Made by a program: the position numbers and the translations under genes. DNA of 64,000 bases, taken from the NCBI RefSeq assembly GCF_902713615.1, contig NC_052154.1:81323072-81387071 (forward strand), in the 5' to 3' direction. The notes under the pieces were generated by a model. The model made no database searches. It was given only the letters and a program-made list of their open reading frames with translations, and was not told where the DNA came from. Below, piece after piece: positions 47,600 through 61,006 of the stretch. The stretch's first letter is position 1. The number at the start of each line of letters is the position of its first letter. The stretch is from Scyliorhinus canicula. Taxonomy: Eukaryota.

Positions 47600-50500
47600 G
47601 GTTAAAGTCCAAGAATGGCCAGAATGCCGGCCTCTCTCGCCTCCTGCACTCCCGGCTCCAAAGCTACCCCAAAGATCGCAAGCCCCCAGCCCGGCCTGAC
47701 CCTAGACCCAACCACTTCCGACAAAATCCCCGCCACCCTCTTCCAAAACCCCTCCAGAGCCGGACATGCCCAAAACATATGGGTGTGGTTTGCCGGGCCC
47801 CCCAAACACCTCCCACACCTGTCTTCCCCTCTGAAAAACCGACTCATCCTTGCCCCATCATGTGAGCCCTGTGCAGCACCTTCAGCTGAATTAGGCTGAG
47901 CTTGCGCGAGAGGAGGAAGAATTCACCCTCTCCAGGGCATAAGACCACGTACCATCCTCAATCTCTTCCCCTAGCTCTTCCTCCCAATTCACTTTGAGCT
48001 CATCTACTGAGGCCTCCTCTTCCTCCTGCATCAGCTGGTAGATAGCCGAGATCTTCCCTTCCCCGACCCACGTCCCCGTAAACACCCTGTCCTGCACCCC
48101 CCTTGGCGGCAGCCGCGGAAACTCCTCCACCTGCCTCTTAACAAAGTCCCTGACCTGCATATACCTAAAAGCATTCCCGGGGGTAGGTTCCACTTCCCCA
48201 CCAGCTCCTCCAGAGTCGCAAACTTCCCATCCAAGAAGAGGTCCCCAAACTGTCTGATGCCTGCCCTGTGCCAACTCCCAAATCCCCCACCCGTTCTCCC
48301 TGGCGCAAAACGGTGATTTCCCCGTATCGGGGCCCAAACTGAGGCTTTCACTTCCCCCCCCTATGCCGCCTCCACTGTCCCCAGATTTTGAGGACTCGTG
48401 GAGTACTTTGCCGGGGGGAGTGGAAGTAGGGCCGTCACCAAAGCCTCCAGACTCGTACCCGCACAGGACGCTACTATGCGTCACCCTCCCCTTCCGTCAT
48501 CCACCTGCGAATCATCGCCACGTTCGCCGCCCAATGATATCCACACAGGTTGGGCAGCGCCAGACCCCCTACCTCCCTTCTTCGCTCCAAGAATACCCTC
48601 CTTACTCTCAGGGCCTTCCGCGCCCACACAAACCCCAGAATCGACTTATTCACCCTTCTGAAAAAAGCCTTCGGGATCAATATGGGGAGGCGCTGGAAAA
48701 GAAACAAAAACCTCAGGAGCACCGTTATTTTAATCGACTGGACCCTGCCCGCCAACGAGAGGGGCAGCGCGTCCCACCTCCTGAACTCCTCCTCCATCTG
48801 CCCCACCAGCCTTGAAATGTTAAGCTTATGCATAGCCCCCCAGGTCCTAGCCACGTGGACCCCAAGATACCTAAAGCTCCCCTCAGCCCTCTTCAATGGG
48901 AGTTCCCCTATCTCCCTCTCCTGACCCCCCGGGTGCAGGACAAACGGCTCACTTTTCCCCACATTGAGCTTATATCCCGAAAAGTCCCCAAACTCCTCAA
49001 GTATCCTCAGCACCTCTGGCATCCCCTCAGCCGGGTCGGCGACATACAGCAGCAGATCATCTGCATACAGCGACAACCGGTGCTCCCCCCCCCCCCCCCC
49101 CCCCCCCGGCCGCACAATCCCCCTCCAACTCTTTGAGTCCCTCAGCGCCATGGCCAGGGGCTCAATTGCTAACGCGAAGAGCAGGGGAGACAAGGGGCAC
49201 CCCTGCCTCGTCCCTCTAGAAAGCCAAAAGTCCTCTGACCTCCTCCCATTCGTCACCACACTCGCCACCGGGAAGCTGTACAGCAACCTCACCCAGCTAA
49301 TGAACCCCTCACCAAACCCAAACCTCCGCAACACCTCCAACAGGTAACTCCACTCCACCCTATCAAAAGCTTTCTCCGCATCCATGGACGCCACTATTTC
49401 TGACTCCCCAGCCACCGGCGCCATCATCATAACATTCAGGAGCCTCCGCACATTGGCATTCAATTGTCTCCCCTTTACAAACCCCGTTTGGCCCTCATGA
49501 ATCACCGTCGGGACCACATCCTCCACCCTCCTGGACAGCACCTTTGCCAACAACTTGACATCTACGTTAAGGAGCGAGATCGGCCTATAAGACCCACACT
49601 GAAGGGGGTCCTTGTCCTGCTTCAGGAGCAAAGAGATAATTGCCCTGGACATCGTCGGGGGCAGAGCCCCCCCCCCCCCCCCCCCTCCTGGCCTCATTCA
49701 GGGTCCTCACCAGCAGCGGGCCCAGCAAATCTGAAAATTTCTGGTAAAATTTCACCGGGAACCCGTCAGGCCCGGCGCTTTCCCTGTCTGCATGCTTCCC
49801 AACGCCTCCACCAGCTCCTCCAACTCAATTGGGGCCCCCAAACCCTCCACCCGCTCGTCCCCTACTCTTGGGAACTCCAGCTTCTCCAAAAGGCGGTCCA
49901 TTGATGTCCTTTCCACCCCACACTAAGTTCCCACCTGCATCCATGGCTCCCCCAATTTCTCTAGTTGTCTCCCGCTTCCGGAGCTGGTGAGCCAACATCC
50001 GACTTGCCTTCTCCCCGTACTCATACACCGCCCCATACACCGCCCCCTGTGCCCTCCTCCACTGCGCCTCTGCCTTACGGGTGGTTAAAATGTCAAACTC
50101 CGCCTGGGGACTGCGCCGCTCCCTCAGAAGCCCCTCCTCTGGGGTGTCTGCATATCTCCTATCCACCCTGACCATCTCCTCCACCAGCTTCTCCCCCTCG
50201 ACCCTCTCCCCCCCCTCCCTGTGCGCCCGAATAGATATCAGCTCCCCTCTAACTACTGCCTTTAGCGCTTCCCAAACCATCCCAACCTGCACCTCCCCGT
50301 TGTCATTGGTTTCCAGATACCCCTCTATACCCCTACGGATCCACCCGCACACTTCCTCCTTCGCCAAAAGCCCCACATCCAACCTCCACATCGGTCACTG
50401 ATCCTTCCCCTCTCCCAGCTCCAGGTCCACCAAATGTGGGGCATGATCAGAAATGGCTATTGCCGAATACTCCGCCCCCACCACTCTCGGGATCAGCGCC

Positions 50501-52886
50501 CTGCTAAGCACGAAAAAGTCAATCCGGGAGTACGCCTTATGAACATGGGAGAAAAAGGAGAACTCCCTACCCCCGGCTTCAAGAATCTCCAAGGGTCCAC
50601 TCCTCCCATCTGATCCATGAACCCCCTCAGCACCGAGGCCGCTGCCGGCCTCCTGCCCGTCCTAGACTTAGAGCGGTCCAGAGCCGGATCCAGCACCGTT
50701 AAAGTCCCCACCCAGAATCAATCCCCCTGTCTCCAGGTCCGGGATCAGGGCCAGCATACACCGCATGAATCCCGCATCATCCTAGTTGGGGGCATAAACA
50801 TTAACCAAGACCACCCGCTCCCCCTGAAGTCTCCCACTCACCATCACATATCGACCTGCACTATCCGCCACCACTTTGGATGCAACGAACAACAGGCTCT
50901 TACCCACCAAAATTGTCACCCCGCGGTTCTTTGCATCAAGCCCTGAGTGAAAAACCTGTCCCACCCAACTTTTTCTTAGCCTCACCTGATCTGTAACCCT
51001 GAGGTGCGTCTCCTGGAGCATAGCCACATCCGCTCCCAGCCCCCTCAAGTGAGCCAAGACCCGGGATCGCTTCACTGGACCATTCAGCCCCCTCACGTTC
51101 CATATGACCAACCGAACCCGAGGGGCCGTTCACTTCCCTCTACGCCGATCAGCCATAGCCCTTCCTCAACCCACCACGTGCCCAGGGAACCCCCCCCAAG
51201 CCCGCTCCCCACGGTGGCAAACCCCCCTCCCAACCCCCCCTCCTCCTCCCCTCCAAACCCCTCCAGCCCTCCTCCTCCTCCAAACCCCTCCTCCTCCTCC
51301 CCCCTCCCCTCCAAACCCCTCCCAACCCCTTCACCATCCATTCCCTCACAGTCCCCGCAGCAATAACCGGGCACCCCCCCCTCCTCCCCTCCAAACCCCC
51401 CCCTCCTCCCCTCCAAACCCCCCCCTCCTCCCCTCCAAACCCCCCCACCCCCAAGCTAGGGTCCCCCTAGCTGTGTTACCCCCAACATTATGCTTCCATG
51501 AGTCAGCTGACTTCTGCTGACCCCGGCTACTCCCGCAATAACCATGACCCCCCCCCAATGCAACACAGCCACCAATCCCTCCCTACCAGTGCAGGCCCCG
51601 CCCCCAATTCCTCCAGCGCGGGAAGAAAGCCCGCACTTCCAACCCGAGCCCCGCCCCTCGACCCAACATGTGGGAAAAAACGGACACATGACACATCGGG
51701 ACCCCACACTACTCCCCAACCCACCAGTGGAAAAAACAAAAAAAGCACCACAATAAATAACCAACAGCCCCAAAGAAACCCCGAAAGAACCCAAATAACC
51801 ATAACTAAAATAGCGAAAACAAACAGGAAACAACCATCAGCAAACACAGCCAATATAGGCGAAAGGATACCCAAGAGGGCAAAGCCTCCAAACAAAGTAC
51901 ATTTCCCCCCAGCCCCCAGTCCGAATCCAAGTTCTCAGCCTTGACAAAAGCCCAGGCCTACTCCAGAGAGTCAAAATAGAGCTGACGGTCCTTGTACGTG
52001 ACCCAGAGGCGAGCCGGCTGTAGAAGGCCAAACTTCACCCCCTTCCTGTGGAGCACTCCCTTCGCTCGATTGAAGCCAGCTCTTCTCCTCGCCACCTCCG
52101 CACTCCAGTCCTGAAAAATCCGAACATCCGTGTTCTCCCACCTGCTGCTCCACTTCTTCACCCACCTCAACACGCACTCCCGGTCAACCAAGCCGTGGAA
52201 TTGGACCAGCACCACCCTGGGCGGTTCGTTCGGCCTGGGCTTCCGCTGCAGCACTCGATGGGCACCTTCCAGCTCCAGAGGACCACGAAACGGCCCCACA
52301 CCCATCAGCGAGTTTAACATTAGGACCACATAGGCCGTCAAATCCGAACCTTCCAGCCCCTCCGAGAGGCCCAAAATCCATAGATTCTTCCGGCGGGAGC
52401 GGTTCTCCATCTCCTCCATCCTCATCTGCTATTTCTTGAGCAGTGCCTTGTGTGACTCCACTTTCACTGCCAGGCCCAAAAGCTCATCCTCATTCTCCGA
52501 AGCCTTGTGCTGCAGCTCACGAATCTCCACGGCCTGAGCCGCCAGCTTGTCCAGCGAGGCCTTAAACGGCTCCAAAATCTCGGCTTTGAGCTCCTTGATG
52601 GAGCGCTGAAGCAGCTCCTGCTGCTCCCGCACCCACTGCTGCTGCTTCCCCGCCTGCCGCCATCTTGCTTTTTCTGCCTCTTGCCTTTCTCTGTGGTAAT
52701 ACCGACTTCCGGACCGCTCCACTGCGAGTCCAGTCCATCCACTGGCCGCTGGGCACACTGGCTGTGTTTCCCCCCGGGGGAAAGTCGAAACAGCGCGTTG
52801 CGGGCTCTTAAAAGAGCCCGAAACTCCAAAAAAAAGCAGGAGCTGCCGAACATGCGGCTTAGCTCTGCATTGCCGCCACCGGAAGT
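47600..52886 (-). mobile_element. 5'-intact L1-clade LINE, 3'-truncated, frameshifted
   Basis: ORF1 (MENRSRRKNL..), endonuclease (WNVRGLNGPVKR, LQETHL), RT (48474-49697: RQGCPLSPLLFALAIEP, LYADDLLL). Confidence 0.95.
51225..51445. repeat. C-rich tandem repeats (cctcctcccctccaaacccc-like) in the L1 inter-ORF region
   Basis: Several imperfect ~20-bp units read directly. Confidence 0.8.
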
Positions 52887-53412
52887 CCCATGAAAACTAA
52901 GTTGTTTGTTCTTTCTGGGGAACAATTATTTAAGCAAGGGACTGAGCAATGGTGACAAGCAAGTTAGACAGTTGATCTATTTAGCAAACAATGTTTCCCA
53001 CTCTGTCGTAGTACAAGATTTGAGCCTGCTCTGCTGTTCGTGCAACCTAATCCTGCTTCACTCTCCTCCCCCACCCTAAAATCATCCTTTGATCCTTTTC
53101 ACTGGGTCTGTACTCCTTGGGAGTTTAGAGTAATGGCCAGGAAGGAGGGGGGCGCGGCGGGGGGGAAGAGAAAGAGATCTTATTGAAACTTAGAATACTC
53201 GAGGCCTGTATAGAGTGGATGTTTCCATTAGTAGGAAAAATTAGAACCAGAGGACACCAACTTCAGACTAAAGGGATGATAGAGGACTATCGTGGAAGAG
53301 GTGTTGCCATTGTGGTCCATGGGTCAGGAAGTCGAGGATCCAGGTGCCGAGTGAGGAGCCAAGTCTTAGCAAAAATGAGCTTGGTGTACAAGGTGGAGCT
53401 GTAGTCAATAAA

Positions 53413-53505
53413 TAGGAGTCCTTGTTACTGAGGTGCTCCAGGGTAGGAGTCCTTGTTTTCAACATGCTCCAGGGTAGGAGTCCTTGTTATCAACATGCTC
53501 CAGGG
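53413..53505. repeat. Minisatellite, 3 x 31 bp (taggagtccttgtt...tgctccaggg)
   Basis: Units at 53413-53443, 53444-53474 and 53475-53505. Confidence 0.92.
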
Positions 53506-54402
53506 ATGAATATAGGGCCAGGGAGATAGCATCAGCTGTGGACTTGTTTCAACAGTATGCAAATTGCAGTGGATCTAGGCATTTTGGGAGTATGGAATGA
53601 TGTGCCTGATGATGCACCTGGTTATGAAGGCCAACATACCATTTGCATTCTTTACTGCCTGCTGTACCTGCATGCTTACCTTCAGGTGATTGGTGTACAA
53701 GAACACCCAGGTTGCATTGCCCATTCACTTCTAATATATGGCCTCCACTCAATTCAGAGCAGAACATCACCGTTGAAACAAAAAAGTCGCAAGGTCCCAT
53801 GCAAAAGATTTACCAGCTGTACACCCATTCAACAAAGTTGCTTTTGCAGTATGACAAGTAATCATATTTAGGAAGCACCTTACTTTAAAGAACACAATAA
53901 AAATTTGCATTTGGAGATATTATAACGGATCAAAAAGCTTTGTCAAGAAAAAGTTGAAGGGATGCCTCAAAAGCTGCTATACTGATGGGGTTGGGGGGGG
54001 GGGGGGGGGGAGAGAAGAGAGGAGAAAAAGAGGGATGAGCTGGAAGAGACTTGTATTGGAAGAATGCAGTAACTGCTACTTAAAATCAACACTGGGAAAA
54101 AAAAACAGCATGCAACAAGGTGACACTTTTCCCATAAATTGACCCCACACCAAAGAACTTGCAGATGCAGAGTTTGCATAAGTACCTTTGCAGCAATGGA
54201 ATACAACTTGTGCTTTGCAGGATATTTATACTGTATATAGTATGACGAATACCATATGTAGTCAGATCAATCCTTACCCATGGGAGACAAATGCATCTTG
54301 CAACACAAGAATCTCAAGGAAAAATAGTATAGCACTACTTCCATGTACTTTTAGCAATTCCCTTCAGCCAAGAGTTACTGCGGGCCACTACATGGGCTAT
54401 GA

Positions 54403-55001
54403 CAGTGTTCTTCAAAATTGGAGGCGTGACCCTCGGGTGGGTCGCAGAGCTGTTGTCCGCGGTGCTCCTGATCGTGCAAATCCCTGCGCAGCAGCTGGCT
54501 TTTAATAACGCCGGCTGCAAGTGGCCTTTAAAATGGCCGTGAACATGTAAAAATTAATCTGCATTGCACGCACGATCATCGGTGCGCATGCGCAAAACTA
54601 TGCCCATGCGTGGCAATGACCGGGTGCCCATGTGCAGTGCTGCCGCTATTTGTTTTTAAAACAGTCGCAGCTTTTTGTTTCAAGTTTGGGGGTTTATTAA
54701 TTTAATTTAATTTTTTTCATTTATTTTCTTCACAAGTTCAGTGGGGTTTTATTTGATAAGACTTTAATGGGAACAAATGCAGAACTTTGGACAGGAGACT
54801 CCATACTTTCTGCCACAGGGAGGCTTCATCTTCATCCAACAGGTTCCATTGGAGGAGCGTGTACGAGGGCCAAAGGGACCCAAAACCATTTCCTCCATTA
54901 TTATCATCAAGCAGCAAACAAGGCAAGAGAAAATGGTGGGTCACGAAGGTCAGCTGGTTGGTAAAAATGGGTCCCCGGAAAATTTTTTTTGAAGAACAGT
55001 G
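54403..55001. mobile_element. hAT-type MITE
   Basis: TIRs cagtgttcttcaaa / tttgaagaacagtg; decayed 8-bp TSD ggctatga / ggctacaa. Confidence 0.8.
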
Positions 55002-55915
55002 GGCTACAAGCGATTTCCATCCTGAATACCCGAGTAGTGGGCTGCTGTTTGCAAAAAAAAACCTCCGTGTAGTGTTTCTTGAAACGGTTATTAGAATCAC
55101 TCCAGTCTATCCCACAAAGCATGTTCTGTTTAAAATTATTTTTAATACAAAATCAGGTAGGTAGTGATGCAGCCAGGTATAAGGAATATAATTTTTTTAT
55201 TTCTTTTTTATATAAATAAAAGCCTCCCATCATTCAACTACTAGGTGTGAATGTCTTTTCTTCAGGTCAGCACTTTTTGCTTTAAAAAATGAAATGAAAT
55301 GAAAATCACTTATTGTCACGAGTAGGCTTCAAACAAAGTTACTGCGAAAAGCCCCTACACAAGACAAGTGCAACATATTCACTGGTTATTAGGCATTTAG
55401 AGTTTGAAGGCTTCTCCAAGTAACTGGAAGGAAAAGTCAAAGGAAATGCAATTTAGGGTCCTCTTGCTTTAATGTGTAGTTAACAAAAAAAAAAATGCAT
55501 CCACCCGCTGCTCACCCAGTCACGATAATGACTGATCCAATTACTGCAACTCATTCTCAGACTCCTGCTCACCAATCTAGGACAGGGGCATAGAAACACC
55601 CACCCAAGGTGACAACACCAATTTTCAAAAGAATTGCTGCTGATCATAAAGAAAACAAAATGCTGCTCTTGCCAATCCATGCCTACATCCCAACAAATGA
55701 ACACCAAGGTACTTTCAGCTTAGTACAAGAGAAGGAGAATGCACTTGAAAGATGCATTGGTTACCATAATATTTTAATAAGGTTTTAACATAACAATGAC
55801 AGACTGCAGCATGACAAAGGTTAATTTTTATGCAGGACAATTAGAGTGTCAAGGCCAACACAAGAAATGCATTTGGGGCCCATTACAGATCTGCAAAATG
55901 AAAATTCTGTCAAAC

Positions 55916-56048
55916 TCAAACATCTTTCAAAACATCCATGGTTGGAGGACTCTCCTTCCAATGGGGAGGCCATGAAGCCTGGATGCTTGGCCGCTCTTTC
56001 ACTCTGTTGTAGTACTCCGTCAACTTGGGATATTTATCTGATGATAAT
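55916..56048 (-). CDS. gstr: GST rho terminal exon
   Basis: Acceptor ttttgtttcag, 133 nt, TGA at 55916-55918. Confidence 0.92.
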
Positions 56049-58828
56049 CTGAAACAAAAGGATTTATTTAAAAAAGTGGAACTCACATGACATAGCTTCA
56101 AGAAACATCTTGCCCTTTCATACCAACCAGTTAAGAACATGTGCCAAAGCTCTTGTAGAGAGCTGCTGTTGAAGGGCGCAACCTACTGGTCACATTGCGC
56201 CCGAATGTGTGACATAGCGGTAGATACCGAGAGGCCTCCCGCAGGCTTCCTGTATGCTCAGGATTGCAATGCTAAGGTGCCATGCCCATAATGAAGGGTG
56301 GGGTGCAGGGCAGGTATGAAGAGACCTTGGGAAGGTTTTGGGGGGGGGGGGGGGGGGGAGAAGAAAGAACTGGTTCGCAGTTAAATGATAAAATAATCCT
56401 ATGATGGCACAAAAGGAGGAAGATTTTTAGGTAATGTCAGGTCAAGATAAACCTGCTTTGAGTTCACTCCCATCATAAAGTGTGCCAACTGAATTTAAAA
56501 TGTAACCAAACTAAACATTTTAACGCCTGAAGAGGCAGATAAAAGACCAATGCTCTAAGGATCAAGAATAGTAATTGGAAAACAAGGAACAGGAGTTCAG
56601 GGAAGAAAAAAAAAACATTCCACCCCACCATCAACTCCCCTCCCATCCCATTTTAAATGAGAATTGCAAAGGAAAATGAAGATGAATAGTTAACATGCTC
56701 GATCAGACCAATCAGTTCATATATAAACCTAGAATTGTAATCATATTGGCCTTCCCATTTTAAGGGGAAAGACCAACTTTCCATGAAGTTAGTCAAACCA
56801 AAAAGTAGATGGGAAGTAATGTAACAAATGTGAAAAAAAACATTCAACAGATATCAGAGGCAGAAGGCAAGAGTATGTGAAGTCAGAAGACACAATGAAT
56901 AGCTGGCTGGAGGACCGGAAGCAGAGTCCTACAAGGATTACTATAGTAGAGCTATTTTATATGTAATGAGACTTCAGAAAAAAAAAAAGAATATCTAAAC
57001 TCGAGACAGACAAAAAACCCTGAGACAGATGAGTTTGGTACTGCCACATTGCAAGATAAGCACAGCTGAAATTTCTCAATTATAGTCGAGGCATTAAATT
57101 TGGTAAGAATAAGCATCACATATTACTTAGAAAATAAGTGTCTAAACGAGGTAGAAGAGCAAAAGGATTGATAAATACAAAAGTCACAAAAAATGCACAG
57201 GTTAAAGTTATATTGAGCACGAGGCTTCATTGCTGTACTGGGTTTTTAAAAAAAAGGGACAGAAAAGATTTGCTAGAATACTAAAAATGAATGACGATAC
57301 CCCTTGGGGAAGAATGAGCAAGCTGGATTGCTTTTGTGGAGATGAAAATGTGACAAAAGTAGAATTGATAGTCACCAATTTTATGGAGGGGGTTGTTATT
57401 GGACTGGGAATGAAGCCCAGTCTCTGGGAACATGGGTTAAAATCTGGTGAAATGTAAATCCAATAAATTTTTGAAATCTGAATTATAATGCTAGTCTCAC
57501 ATCACTAGTGTCCTTTGGAAAAGGAAATCCATCATTCTTGCCTGCAAATCCAGGAAACAAATACTAGCTTAGTCAATGAACAAACATCCCATGAACAAAC
57601 AAGAGAAGTTGGGGGGGGGGGGGGGGGGGGAGGGGAGAAGAGAAATTCATAAAGTTCCCAATTAGACTGGGAACTCATTGCTATAGACAATGGAGGGAAC
57701 TAGTATAGATGCTCAAGAGGAAAGCTATATACAATGATAGGAGACAATACAGAGGATGCTGACAAGGAGACAATATAGAGGATGCTGATCGTGAGGCAGG
57801 AAGGATAGGAGAAGCACAAGTTCAGCAGAGACACTAGAGCGGACTGATTAAGCTGAATGGTAAGTTTCTGCACAAAAAAAAAGTTATAATCCAGATTTGC
57901 AAAAGAAATGCAAACTGAAATACTAATTAGTGGTAGCAACTTACCCAAAGTGAACAGCATACGCCACTTGTGGGAACAGCATTACATCTGCCATTGTGAA
58001 GTTCTTCCCAGCAAGATGGGAATCAGGAGCCACCTGAAAGAGAAAGATGACAACAGTTGAAAAAACTTTTGTCCCCGTCTTTGGGATCACTTTACTGGGC
58101 CAGATACTCCCTAGATTCAATTTTTACACAGGCAAAAACTGGGACAAACAAACAAATTAGTCCCATCAGCAGTAGGGATTTACTGGGTATTTAATCCCTG
58201 CACCATTTTCACACCAAGCATTTTGAAATCCAAGCTAGTAACCAAATCTCTCATCAATTATTCCTGTCCAGATGAAAGCCTCATCAGCCAAAATTCACCC
58301 CAATGATTCAATCAGGGGAAAAAAACAGTAGAAATGCTACGAGAGAAAACTTCCTTATGGAAGGAAGTGTTTGTGTGAAGGCCATTTTTTATTTATTAAA
58401 ACATCAGGGCAGAAGCTCTGTACTGGAAAGGAATAAACTCACCGATTGTCCCCTCAGAAGAGCAACAAAGTCCAGCATCATATACACTGGACATTTTGCA
58501 GAAAAGTATAGCACAAGGCTGCACAAATGCAAGGTACTTTTGATCTATAACCACTAGATGGAATGAAAAAAGTTAGTTACATGAGAGAAAGTGAAGGGTT
58601 CAAGTAATAGCCGTTTAAGCCCCCCCCCCCCCACGAAACACCAGTCAGAGCTCCTGTTACTGAAGCAGCTGGTTTCCTATGAAAGCTTCTCCGTGCTATT
58701 ACTCCTCACCTTTTCAAGGTATCCTTCCCACAACAGCAATTCTTCATTCAGAGTCTTTTTGTTTCTCTCTATGGCAGAGTCATGACGCTCATCCTCTGGA
58801 ACCTTCCAGGTATAATAGATCACAGCAC
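55916..58828 (-). CDS. gstr: Glutathione S-transferase, rho class (GST-A-like), 3' part; join(58710-58828,57945-58033,55916-56048)
   Basis: Three in-phase exons with canonical splice sites: AVIYYTWKVPEDERHDSAIERNKKTLNEELLLWEGYLEK / VAPDSHLAGKNFTMADVMLFPQVAYAVHFG / LSSDKYPKLTEYYNRVKERPSIQASWPPHWKESPPTMDVLKDV*. The LWEGYL, AGKNFTMADV and RPSI..WPPHW motifs match fish rho-class GST C-terminal domains. Upstream exons were not found in the window. Confidence 0.9.
57945..58033 (-). CDS. gstr: GST rho penultimate exon
   Basis: Acceptor tctctttcag, donor GG|gtaagt, 89 nt, phase 0 to 2. Confidence 0.9.
58710..58828 (-). CDS. gstr: GST rho internal exon
   Basis: Acceptor ttgttacag, donor AAG|gtgagg, 119 nt, phase 1 to 0. 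Confidence 0.9.
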
Positions 58829-59769
58829 CTGTAACAAATGAGACGATATTGGCATGGGGTCACAGATTGAGCCAGCAGTTTGACTGAATTCTAGGTTGGA
58901 CTTCTGTTCACCATGTCAATATCTGGAAATTGAACTTGTAGGGGTGATGCTGAAATGGGAGGACACGAATACATTAATCAAAAGGGAAGCCACAAGAACA
59001 TTAATGGGCCCTTCACATCTATTCCACCATTCTATAAAAATCATGGCAGATCTGGCCGTCAGCTCAACCCCTTTTCCTTCCTAGCTGCCCTCCCATAACA
59101 CCTCCCTTGCAGAATGGATACATTCAAGACAGAGTTAGACAAATACCCTAGCTTTCACCACCCCATGGTCGAGAATTCCTTGAAATTCCACCTCATGTTC
59201 GAGGTTCTAGATATCCCATTAAGGGGAACCTCCATCTCATTCTTCTAAAACCAAATGGATATTGGCTCAACCTTTCCTCAAGTTGACCCTTTATCCCAGG
59301 AATCAGCCTAGTGGGTCTTCTTCTAATGCCTGCGAAAACACAGTCTCAACAGTGTCACGTTTTATACCCCATCCTCTTGATTTTGACAAGTGGCATATGT
59401 AATTTAATACCCAAGTGTAATGTACAAGAAAGTGGTAGCTTTAGAAAATTAATTAACCAGCAGGGGTAGAACAGAGAAGTTTCATTCATTCAGAAACTAA
59501 TAGCCCAGGTAAAACAAGGGCTATGTCGAAGTCCCTTGACATCCCTGTGCTGACAAAGCGGAGACTTATATCAATGTAGGTGTTTTAACTGGCAAGACAA
59601 GCTGAAAAACAGCCCCATGGCAAGGCAATGGACAGCAGAAGTTTATAGCTGGTGTACCAATGCTTTAAAAGTGATTGAAAAAGGCACCAGCTCATTAGTT
59701 AATGCGAGAAGGCAGCAAACAAACTGACAAGAGATTGCAAGCCCCAAAGCAGAAATTGTTTAATTCATC

Positions 59770-60990
59770 TTTTGAACCCTTGGGGATCAGCAAACCATCC
59801 TCACCCACCACAGATCATCTATTTGTTTCTTAAATATATTTCTCTAAAAACAAATTGGAAGGGTTTGATTTTTTTGGTGGCTAATCTGATGCCCACAAAG
59901 GACAGCATTTACAGCTACGAGAACGGTACATCATGGTTAGTGGTGTCCTGGAAGGGGTACCTTGTTAATGTGTATGCTCCCCAACTGGAACAATGGGTTG
60001 ATTCAATTAAAAGTACACAGGATGCACTTAGGGCAAGGATCAGCTGGCTGTTTGAGGGGGTCAAAGATAGCTTCAAACAGTGCTAGAGGGGCCCAGCTAA
60101 TCATTCCTATGTTCTAGTCCTGCCCAAAATTGGGAGAATGTTTGGGTCATTTTCCCCACCATGTCAAAGTTGTATATGAGATTTGGAGCCTGGTGCCCAT
60201 ATTTGGGGTGTCAGACCTGCAAATGTCTTGGCTCTCCTACGAGTGATCAACGAGGCTCTGTTGTGGTGGAGGTCAGCTTCTCCCATGGAGTGTGCCTCTG
60301 CATGGCTGAGGGATCTAATGGAGTTCCTACACTTGGAGGTGAAATTTGCTCAGAGGGATTCCACTTTTATCTTACACACATTGGGATCTGGTTGACATCA
60401 AGGGGTGGGCTATGTTGGGTTTGCGCTTATTCTTGTAAAAAGCACTGAAAAAGTTTTAAAATTTATTATTATTTTTTTAAATTGAGAAAGGTTGCGGAGA
60501 GCATCAATGCCATGCAGGCGGGGAAGGCGCCAGGACTGGACGGATTCCCAGCAGACTTCTACAAGAGTTGTGCAGCACTCTGCAGCAGAGGTTCGCAGAC
60601 TCACTGGTAAGGGACTCCTTTCTCCCAACACTAGCACAAACCTCACTATCGCTGATCCCCAAAGACCCAACAGGCCCATCTCCCTATGTAGATGCAAAGA
60701 TCCTGGCAAGTGGCTGGAGAGTTGCTGGTTGCAGAGGACTAGATGGGTTTTGTCAAGGGTAGGTAGCTAACATGGAGCATCAGGCACCTGCTGAATGGGA
60801 CAATTACCCCCATCCAAGGAAAGAACACCAGAATTGATCTCCCGGGACCCAGAAGTGGCCTTCGATAGAGTTGAGGCAATGGAACTGTTTGGGTCAGTTC
60901 ATTTCCTGGGTAAAACTACTGGACAGCACTCCCATGGCATGCATACAGACCAACACAGACAGCAGAATAGCGATCTTGGAAGATCTCAGG
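59770..60990 (+). mobile_element. Heavily degraded L1 fragments in a GST intron
   Basis: Remnants such as LVNVYAP and GKAPGLDGFPADFYK. Confidence 0.65.
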
Positions 60991-61006
60991 AAACAAACTG
61001 ACAGAG

